Positions 56,548-64,000 of a stretch of 64,000 nt of DNA are shown here, piece by piece. Position 1 is the first letter of the stretch; each line of letters starts with the position of its first letter. The notes beneath the pieces were generated by a model, which saw nothing but the letters and a program-made list of their open reading frames with translations, searched no databases and was not told the origin of the DNA. Source of the stretch: Arenicellales bacterium (GTDB taxonomy: Bacteria > Pseudomonadota > Gammaproteobacteria > Arenicellales > JAJDZL01); NCBI GenBank assembly GCA_965262855.1, contig OZ253563.1, forward strand, positions 1,911,015-1,975,014. Direction: 5' to 3'. The position numbers and the translations under genes are program-made.

Positions 56548-57064
56548 TTAAAAATGATATATTCAAAATGTATCAATAAAGAACTTTCTACCCAAAATCA
56601 GTGATTTCGAAAATGACGTAAGTTGATTCAGTAGGCATCACAAGCCTAGGACAGTACGACCGCCCTTATAAACAACGGTAGAACAATTTCAACGCAAGTC
56701 CCTGAATTGAGCAGAGAATAGAGGAAATTCGCTGGATTATTAGAGTCTTCGAGCTTGGAGTTGATATACATTGGTGAGCGCAATCGCAAATACAGTTGAA
56801 CCCTAAGTAAAGTACCAGTTGACAGAGTAATCTAGGACCCTACTGGACGGTTCAGCTATCAGAAAATTACCACAAAAGTGCTATAGCTTAAAGAGCTTGG
56901 ACTCATTCAACGAATGATAGCTATTCGATGCATTGAAATGGCCATTCGTACTTCCCGTTTGACGCTGCCGAAAACGCTGGAGAACTGCGTCCCTGCAGGA
57001 CTGATTCCGAGACAGGCTTGCAAGCAGCGATACATGATGACATGTTCTCGCGTAGATGCAGATG

Positions 57065-57547
57065 CTATTCGGTCACTCGAAGGCTGAACAATTCAAAGCT
57101 CCATAGTTGATTACCTTTCGGGTCAGCGTTTCGGAAGGTAATGTTGTCGCGGAAATCCCTCGCTTGCCGTGGAGGAACATTGATCGCAACGAAATCCACT
57201 TCTTCCCCAATCACTACGCAAGCGTCTGTAATTTGTTGGCTCCCCTCTGGGCAGTCATGCAGAATGATCTTGATTTGCACATCAGTGACTGACTTGTCAG
57301 AGGAGTTGGTAATTCTGCCTGAATAGCCCCAGCTTTCGCCGTATGATTCTGTTGCATGAGTTTCACTGAGAACGACAGATTCGCGAGGAACTGGAAATTC
57401 AGCTATTTCCGATTCGTCCAGATTTAGGTAGTACAGAGTAATCAGAATTGCTGCGAGTGCCCCTAAAAGACTGAATCCAATCTTCGGGGAGTAATAACTG
57501 AGCGCTATCAATGCTGTACAGACAACGACAAGAGCAAGCCACTGCAT
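57065..57547 (-). CDS. hypothetical membrane-anchored protein
   Basis: 160 aa, two N-terminal TM helices, no recognisable domain. Confidence 0.5.
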   Translation of the reverse strand: MQWLALVVVCTALIALSYYSPKIGFSLLGALAAILITLYYLNLDESEIAEFPVPRESVVLSETHATESYGESWGYSGRITNSSDKSVTDVQIKIILHDCPEGSQQITDACVVIGEEVDFVAINVPPRQARDFRDNITFRNADPKGNQLWSFELFSLRVTE

Positions 57548-57707
57548 ATTTTGTTTCCTACGGTTACTTCAATACCAGTTAATCGTACAATAAATGATGC
57601 TCATAAGTTCTGAAAATTCAAGAATTGCAAGTTAGGCAGCAGATTACCCATTGTGGGCAGTATTCGCTCATGTATAACAAATCTCGAATAATGATCAATT
57701 AACACCA

Positions 57708-58565
57708 ATGAGAATCCAGTACGAAAATATACTCGCAGTCGACGCACCACCAAAAATTCAATCGGAGCGCGATCGCTACAATTTCAATAAACTCCGTAAG
57801 CGGTTGCGACGAGAAGTAGGAAGCGCGATTCGTGATTTTGAAATGATTGCAGATCGCGACCGCGTTATGGTGTGCCTGTCGGGCGGCAAAGACTCCTATA
57901 CCATGCTGGACATTCTTCTAGAACTCCAGCTTCGAGCTCCCGTCCAGTTTGAATTGACCGTCGTCAATCTGGATCAAAAGCAGCCTGGCTTTCCAGAGCA
58001 TGTATTGCCGGATTACCTGCAATCGATCGGAGTGTCCTATCACATTCTCGAAGTGGACACCTATAGCATCGTTCGTGACGTAATTGAGGAAGGGAGAACC
58101 ATGTGTGGTCTTTGTTCCAGACTACGGCGCGGCGTGTTGTACAAATTCGCTTCGAATAACGGATTCAACAAAATTGCTCTGGGTCACCATCGGGACGATA
58201 TTATCGAAACGCTGTTCCTGAACATGTTTCATGGTGGCAAGATGAAAGCCATGCCACCCAAACTCAAAAGTGATGACGGACAAAATATTGTAATACGGCC
58301 ATTGGCTTACTGCCGGGAATCGGATATTGAAAAGTATGCAGAAGCCCGAAATTTCCCTATCATTCCTTGCAATCTTTGTGGGTCACAGACCAACCTTGAG
58401 CGAGTGAGAATAAAGAAAATGTTGCAGCAATGGCAGAAAGAATTTCCAGGTCGAGTCGAAAATATCTTTGGAAGCGTGCAAAATGTAGCTCCGTCCCAAT
58501 TGGCTGACCGAAATCTGTTTGACTTCGCTTCACTTGTCACAACCCTAGAACCCTCGGACGACTAG
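57708..58565 (+). CDS. ttcA: tRNA 2-thiocytidine(32) synthetase
   Basis: PP-loop [25 protein letters not shown]. Confidence 0.9.
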   Translation: MRIQYENILAVDAPPKIQSERDRYNFNKLRKRLRREVGSAIRDFEMIADRDRVMVCLSGGKDSYTMLDILLELQLRAPVQFELTVVNLDQKQPGFPEHVLPDYLQSIGVSYHILEVDTYSIVRDVIEEGRTMCGLCSRLRRGVLYKFASNNGFNKIALGHHRDDIIETLFLNMFHGGKMKAMPPKLKSDDGQNIVIRPLAYCRESDIEKYAEARNFPIIPCNLCGSQTNLERVRIKKMLQQWQKEFPGRVENIFGSVQNVAPSQLADRNLFDFASLVTTLEPSDD

Positions 58566-58582
58566 CAGGCAAGTACGACATC

Positions 58583-59899
58583 ATGAATACTTTTGTGCCA
58601 GCTGGAATGGGGCTTGAGGGTGGATCCTTGGATGATTTTCTGCTGAAGTCTCCAACCCCATATCACGCCTCTCAGAGTATTGCTGATGCGCTGGACAGAG
58701 CCGGATTTTTTCGTCTTGAAGAAACCGACGAATGGAAAATCAAACTGGGAGAAAGTTACTACGTAACCCGAAATGATACCTCCATCGTAGCGTTCAGGAA
58801 TGGGCAGAATTCCCCACTAAAATCAGGGTTGCGTTTGATTGGTGCACATCTGGACAGTCCATGCCTGAAACTCAATCCGAATCCGTTCTTCCAGGGACAT
58901 GGCTATGAAAGAATCAATGTCGAGGTATACGGTTCTGCATTGGTTCGTACGTGGTTTGATCGGGATTTATCCATTGCAGGGCGCGTCTTCTATCGTGATG
59001 TAAATGGAAAAGTCCGAAGCCAGCTCGTAGATCTTGCTAAGCCAGTTGCTTACATACCCAGTATTGCGATTCATCTTGAACGAAGTGCGAATATTAACCA
59101 GGAAATTGACAGTCAGCAGCATTTGAATCCAATTTGCACGTCAATGGGGGCAGGTGGCGAATCGGATATTTACGAATTGATTCTCGAACAATTGGATGAG
59201 GTAGACTTAAAACTTGGCACCAATGCAATTCAGGGATTTGACCTGAGTCTGTACGATATCAATGTTGCTGAGATTTCAGGAGCAAATGAAGATTTTGTTA
59301 CAAGTGCAAGAATCGACAATCTTCTCAGTTGTCATGCAGGTTTACAGGCAATCATCAGCGCAGAAACCGAAAATTTTTGTGTCTTGGTCTGCAATGATCA
59401 TGAAGAAGTGGGGAGTGTGTCTGACTCCGGAGCGCAGAGCCCATTTCTGACCTCTGTGCTCGAACGAACGACAGGACTGGATCCAAGAATAATCAGGCGT
59501 TCGGTATTGGTTTCTGCTGATGGTGCACATGGAATTCATCCCAATTACCCTGACAAGCATGATGAACAGCATGCTCCAGTTCTGAACAAAGGCCCGGTCG
59601 TTAAATTCAATTCCAATCAGAGATACGCGACAACAGGGGAAATGGTGACGTATCTAAAGAGTTTGTGTGAGCCGATTGGGATTCCCCTTCAGTTTTTTGT
59701 ATCGCGAAACAACATTTCGTGCGGATCTACTATTGGACCAATTACAGCATCGGAACTAGGCATCAGGACTGTTGATATTGGTGTCGCCCAGCTCGCAATG
59801 CATTCCATTCGGGAGATTGCGGGAGTGCAAGACGCATATAACTTCCAAAGATTGTTGACTGCATTCCTTGCAAGCGATTCAACCGAGATCACAGATTGA
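58583..59899 (+). CDS. M18 family aminopeptidase
   Basis: 438 aa; GAHLDSPCLKLNP, DHEEVGS. Confidence 0.85.
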   Translation: MNTFVPAGMGLEGGSLDDFLLKSPTPYHASQSIADALDRAGFFRLEETDEWKIKLGESYYVTRNDTSIVAFRNGQNSPLKSGLRLIGAHLDSPCLKLNPNPFFQGHGYERINVEVYGSALVRTWFDRDLSIAGRVFYRDVNGKVRSQLVDLAKPVAYIPSIAIHLERSANINQEIDSQQHLNPICTSMGAGGESDIYELILEQLDEVDLKLGTNAIQGFDLSLYDINVAEISGANEDFVTSARIDNLLSCHAGLQAIISAETENFCVLVCNDHEEVGSVSDSGAQSPFLTSVLERTTGLDPRIIRRSVLVSADGAHGIHPNYPDKHDEQHAPVLNKGPVVKFNSNQRYATTGEMVTYLKSLCEPIGIPLQFFVSRNNISCGSTIGPITASELGIRTVDIGVAQLAMHSIREIAGVQDAYNFQRLLTAFLASDSTEITD

Positions 59900-59997
59900 C
59901 CACCTGATTCTGCTCAAGACTGGTAGATCGACGGAGCGAGTGCAGTACTATCCAGTATCAATCAACTAAACGGTACTGGCAAGCTCTTTGACTGGTG

Positions 59998-60780
59998 TCA
60001 ATTCTTTCGGCTTTGCGGTTCCAGTTGCAAATGGATTTTCTTGAGTTCCAAAAGCCCGTCAATAAGTCTCGGCGAAGGACGCCCAAGGTAGGCCTCCGAA
60101 ACTCGAAATACATTTTTGTTCTTCACGAATTTCGTTTCTTGCCATAGGGGATTTCGATAAATCACTCTAGGACGATACTTGCTGAAATCAACTCCGCACC
60201 AGGATATGACTACAGCATCAGGATTCAGTTCAAGCACTTCTTCATCGCTAAGCGGTGTGCTCTTTACCTCTCTGTCGCCAATTGGATTCTTAAATCCTGC
60301 CGCTAGAATCAAATCTTCAGTCCACGAAAGCTGTCCAGGCGCGATAACGGGTTTTGGCCACCACTGAATTAGCAAAGTAGGCGTGTTTTGCGAAAGTTCA
60401 GCAGAAGCCATCCGGTCCGTCATCTCGCAGACCACCTGTTCCGCTTTGTCCGATACACCCAGTAGTTCGCCAATTTCGATAATGTTACGATACACATCAT
60501 TCAGACGGTGGGGTTCGGGTGCAATAAAAGGCAATCCCGCTGACTTCAGTCCTTCAACCACTTTCTCATGTCCAGGCACAGTCAGAGATGCCAGCACCAA
60601 ATCGGGCTTGAGTGCTGCTACACGATCAATGTCAACATTCAAGTCTGGACCTACCCGCGGAAGAGCGGCAACAATATCTTCCGGAAAATCAGAATAGTCA
60701 TCAACCCCGACTAGATAATTGCCGCACGCAAGGGCACAAACAATTTCTGTATTGGAACAAGTTAGAGAAACAATTCGCAA
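59998..60780 (-). CDS. cobalamin/siderophore-type binding protein (BtuF/FepB fold, no obvious signal peptide)
   Basis: 260 aa; MRIVSLTCSNTEIVCAL..LVGVDDYSDFP..LKPDLVLAS pattern of periplasmic-binding-protein type 2. Confidence 0.65.
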   Translation of the reverse strand: MRIVSLTCSNTEIVCALACGNYLVGVDDYSDFPEDIVAALPRVGPDLNVDIDRVAALKPDLVLASLTVPGHEKVVEGLKSAGLPFIAPEPHRLNDVYRNIIEIGELLGVSDKAEQVVCEMTDRMASAELSQNTPTLLIQWWPKPVIAPGQLSWTEDLILAAGFKNPIGDREVKSTPLSDEEVLELNPDAVVISWCGVDFSKYRPRVIYRNPLWQETKFVKNKNVFRVSEAYLGRPSPRLIDGLLELKKIHLQLEPQSRKN

Positions 60781-60930
60781 TATCTGTATCTACATCTAAA
60801 CTGATAAAATGAAAATCGCTGTAAAAAGTTGACGTAGAAATGAAATACGGACAACTAGTGTTTCATTTTTAACAATAATACAGGCTCTGTCAGAATAGTT
60901 CCTGTTAATCAGATTACGAGAATAGTCAGC

Positions 60931-63348
60931 ATGCAAAATCATTATCGAGTTGTTGTCATTGGCGGTGGTGTTATCGGAGCCAGCGTTCTGTATCACTTGG
61001 TCAAGCTGGGATGGTCGGATGTTGTGCTGATTGAAAGGAAGGAACTGACCGCAGGATCGACGTGGCATGCGGCAGGCGGGTTTCACCCGCTGAATAATGA
61101 TCTGAACATCTCCAAGTTACAGGCTTATACGATTAATCTGTATCAGGAAATTCAACGCGAGAGCGGTCAAGACATCAGTATGGTAAAAGGGGGCAGCGTC
61201 ATTCTTGCCGCCAGCGCCGCGCGCTGGGAGTATCTCAAGTATATGAGAACTATCTTTCTCACGATGGGAATTGAATCTCAGCTCGTAACGCCAGAAGAAA
61301 TCCGTGAGATATGTCCAGTTGTCGAAACGTCCGATCTCCACGGTGGGATGTTTGACCAACACGAAGGGTACCTTGATCCGCATAGTACTACAATCGCATA
61401 CGCCAAGTCAGCACAGGGAAGAGGTGCGCAGATCATTCTGCGCAATCGAGTTGTCGAATTGAATCCTAGATCCGAAGGTGCTTGGGATGTGGTCACGGAA
61501 CACGGAACAATTGTTGCAGAACATGTTGTGAATGCTGGAGGACTGTGGGCTCGAAAAGTGGGACTAATGGTCGGTGTGAATCTTCCTGTCACACCCATAC
61601 AACACCACTATCTGGTTACTGAGGCAATTCCACAGCTAGCTGCACGTGAAGACCTCCTCCCGTCTGTTTTAGACTTGGATGGCTATACCTATATGCGCCC
61701 GGAACGCAAAGGCATACTGATGGGCGTCTATGAAACCGACCCCAAAGTCTGGCATCTGGAAGGTGCGCCATGGGATTACGGAATGGATCTGATACCGGAG
61801 GAATTTGATCGAATTGCACCGCAGTTGAGCAAGGGATTTGAAAGATATCCAGTGCTGGAAGAAGTCGGAATCAAACGCTGGGTCAATGGAGCTTTCACCT
61901 TCACACCTGACGGTAATCCGCTGGTTGGCCCGGTACCTGGCCTAAAAAACTACTGGGTTGCGTGCGGAGTCATGGCTGGGTTTAGCCAAGGTGGTGGAGT
62001 GGGTTTGTCACTGGCGCAGTGGATGATCGATGGCGAACCGGAATTCGATATTTTTGGAATGGATGTAGCCCGATATGGTGAATTTGCCAGTGAAGATCAG
62101 TATCTTTCGCAAACTGCTCGGCAGTCCTACGCCAGGAGATTCGTGCTCACTTATCCGAATGAGGAACTGCCAGCAGGTCGACCGTTGCATCTGTCGCCAA
62201 TTCATGAAGACATGAAACAGGAGGGAGCACAATTCGGTTGCATTTGGGGGCTTGAAGTGCCTTTGTTCTTTGCATCGAGTCAACCAGAATTCCAGGAAAC
62301 TCCGACTCTAAGGCGCTCCAATGCATTTGAACTGGTCGACCGAGAAGTATCCGCAGTTCGTAGCACTGTCGGAATGGTTGATATTACCGGATTTTCTCGT
62401 TATGAAATCTCAGGCCAGGGCAGTGAAAAATGGCTCGACCGCATGCTGGCATGTCGATTGCCGAAAGTTGGAGGGATTCGACTTGCTCCGATGTTGGCAC
62501 CTAGTGGTCGGCTATTCGGAGATTTAGCAGTCATGCGCTTGGACGCTGATAAATTCTGGTTGATGGGTTCGTATTATCTGCAATCCTGGCACATGCGCTG
62601 GTTCAATGATCACCTGCCTGAAAAAGGCGTCGAAGTGAAGAACCTTTGCGGCAGCTGGGCAGGTGTATCGATAACAGGTCCTGAATGCAGAAATTTGCTG
62701 GAGGAACTGGTTCAGGAAGATGTTTCAAATCAGGCATTTCCATTCATGAATCTGCGCAAATTGAATTTCGGTGATTGTATGGCGGTGGTGGGACGCTTGT
62801 CGGTAACTGGTGAACTGGGATACGAAATCAATGTGCCGGTAGATTGCCTGAGAAGTCTGTACCAAAGACTCATGGAATTTGGTGAGAATTACAAGATGAG
62901 TTTATTCGGCTTTCGTGCTATGAACAGCCTGAGACTGGAAAAAGGATTCGGTTCCTGGTCGAGGGAATTCACGTCGGCTTATACCCCAGATATGGCAGGA
63001 CTTGATCGATTTATTGACTATGAAAAACACGATTTCATCGGCCGGGAAGCTGCACTTCGACAGCGCAGCAGTCATTCTTCCCAAACACTCGCATTACTGG
63101 CAATAGATTCGGATGATGCCGATGCGTCAGGCTTTGAGCCCGTGTGGTGCGCTGATCAAAGAGTAGGATTCATTACCTCCGGAGGCTATGGCCACTGGGT
63201 TGGCAGAAGCCTGGCTCTGGCTTATATTGAGCGTGATATACTGAAAAATACAAATGAACTGTTTGTTCATGTCGTCGGTTCGAAGTGTAGCGCGCAAGTA
63301 TTGAACGAAGTCCCACATGATCCTACCGGTGCTCGTATGAGGGGCTGA
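60931..63348 (+). CDS. FAD-dependent oxidoreductase fused to a GcvT-type aminomethyltransferase domain (dimethylglycine/sarcosine dehydrogenase-like)
   Basis: 805 aa; VVIGGGVIGASVLYHL dinucleotide fold, C-terminal folate-binding GcvT-like half. Confidence 0.85.
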   Translation: MQNHYRVVVIGGGVIGASVLYHLVKLGWSDVVLIERKELTAGSTWHAAGGFHPLNNDLNISKLQAYTINLYQEIQRESGQDISMVKGGSVILAASAARWEYLKYMRTIFLTMGIESQLVTPEEIREICPVVETSDLHGGMFDQHEGYLDPHSTTIAYAKSAQGRGAQIILRNRVVELNPRSEGAWDVVTEHGTIVAEHVVNAGGLWARKVGLMVGVNLPVTPIQHHYLVTEAIPQLAAREDLLPSVLDLDGYTYMRPERKGILMGVYETDPKVWHLEGAPWDYGMDLIPEEFDRIAPQLSKGFERYPVLEEVGIKRWVNGAFTFTPDGNPLVGPVPGLKNYWVACGVMAGFSQGGGVGLSLAQWMIDGEPEFDIFGMDVARYGEFASEDQYLSQTARQSYARRFVLTYPNEELPAGRPLHLSPIHEDMKQEGAQFGCIWGLEVPLFFASSQPEFQETPTLRRSNAFELVDREVSAVRSTVGMVDITGFSRYEISGQGSEKWLDRMLACRLPKVGGIRLAPMLAPSGRLFGDLAVMRLDADKFWLMGSYYLQSWHMRWFNDHLPEKGVEVKNLCGSWAGVSITGPECRNLLEELVQEDVSNQAFPFMNLRKLNFGDCMAVVGRLSVTGELGYEINVPVDCLRSLYQRLMEFGENYKMSLFGFRAMNSLRLEKGFGSWSREFTSAYTPDMAGLDRFIDYEKHDFIGREAALRQRSSHSSQTLALLAIDSDDADASGFEPVWCADQRVGFITSGGYGHWVGRSLALAYIERDILKNTNELFVHVVGSKCSAQVLNEVPHDPTGARMRG

Positions 63349-63365
63349 TAGACGAGGAATGGAAG

Positions 63366-64000
63366 TTGAAATCTTGGTTTGAGAAAAAAACGCTTTCGTG
63401 GGCATTGTATGACTGGGCGAATTCTGCATTTGCTACGACGGTGATTGCCGGGTTCTTCCCGATTTTCTTCCGCGAATTCTGGTCTGTCGATGTTGAAGGC
63501 GTGGAAACAACATTCAGACTGGGTGTAGCTACCTCAATATCCAGTCTTATTATTGTCATTCTCGCTCCCATTCTGGGTGCGATTGCCGATCGTGCCGGAG
63601 CGAAAAAGAAATTGCTTATGGCATTTGCCTTTATTGGAATTCTGTCCACTTTAGGCTTGTTTCTGGCCGAACAAGGCTACTGGCTGCCTGCAATCATATT
63701 GTTTACTTTGGGTGCTCTCGGATTTTCAGGCGCGAATGTTTTCTATGATGCGCTGCTACTGGATGTAGCACCAACAAGCGATCGAATCCATTTTGTATCG
63801 AGCTTGGGCTACGCGTTAGGCTATCTCGGAGGCGGAGTATTGTTCGCCGTCAATGTCTTTATGGTGCTCAAGCCAGAGTTCTTTGGTTTAGCGGATTCTG
63901 GCCAAGCGGTTCGTGTGAGTTTTCTGAGCGTGGGTATTTGGTGGGCAGTGTTTTCAATTCCCCTCATCTTGTTTGTAAAAGAAGCACCTCCACAGGCACC
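63366..64000 (+). CDS. MFS transporter (UMF1/Atg22-like), 3' end outside the window
   Basis: my translation: ..KSWFEKKTLSWALYDWANSAFATTVIAGFFPIFF.., several TM helices; the TTG start is tentative. Confidence 0.6.
   Translation, partial: MKSWFEKKTLSWALYDWANSAFATTVIAGFFPIFFREFWSVDVEGVETTFRLGVATSISSLIIVILAPILGAIADRAGAKKKLLMAFAFIGILSTLGLFLAEQGYWLPAIILFTLGALGFSGANVFYDALLLDVAPTSDRIHFVSSLGYALGYLGGGVLFAVNVFMVLKPEFFGLADSGQAVRVSFLSVGIWWAVFSIPLILFVKEAPPQA

Noticed and set aside
56485-57064. Third att-like copy of the nrdJb 3' core at the far edge of the accessory region
   Set aside because: Only a 10-nt coincidence (CTGGACGGTT) was found, with no extended homology.

Overview
This 64-kb chromosomal window is from a moderately AT-rich, gammaproteobacterium-like sulfur oxidiser; that assignment is an inference from gene content. 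Conserved housekeeping blocks are: a polyamine-type ABC importer, recQ, aapJQMP-like amino-acid ABC importer, a class III aminotransferase, aprBA, argF, rpoH, ftsYEX, rsmD, coaD, cbbQ/cbbO, split class II RNR nrdJa/nrdJb, ttcA, an M18 aminopeptidase and a DMGDH-like FAD/GcvT enzyme.

Three heavily rearranged and visibly GC-richer accessory patches break up these blocks:
- 3.7-9.7 kb: a truncated HNH gene, an IS4-type element, an Rpn nuclease gene plus a partial duplicate, and an IS50-like remnant.
- 18.0-26.7 kb: a nest of five IS types directly upstream of aprBA.
- 45.8-56.5 kb: a defence-like patch at the 3' end of nrdJb. It holds two AbiE type IV TA loci, Mrr-like and other pseudogenes, a third Rpn gene inside a split IS630 element, and an ISAs1-type element.

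No rRNA, tRNA or CRISPR array was seen.

The most unusual signals are:
- A DUF4338 (Druantia DruA-like) module appears three ways: fused to an IS4-type DDE transposase (two identical copies), fused to an unrelated ISAs1-type DDE transposase (intact TSD), and as a stand-alone ORF.
- A 3.6-kb island is bracketed by a graded-divergence duplication of the nrdJb 3' end.
- An IS1634-family element is flanked by a 348-bp target duplication.
- Three Rpn-family paralogues carry a variable tetrapeptide-repeat tract, and one of them sits inside an IS630 element.

I cannot show a complete new multi-gene system from sequence alone. The DUF4338-transposase association is my best candidate for undescribed biology. 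All homology calls come from motif recognition by eye, not from database searches.
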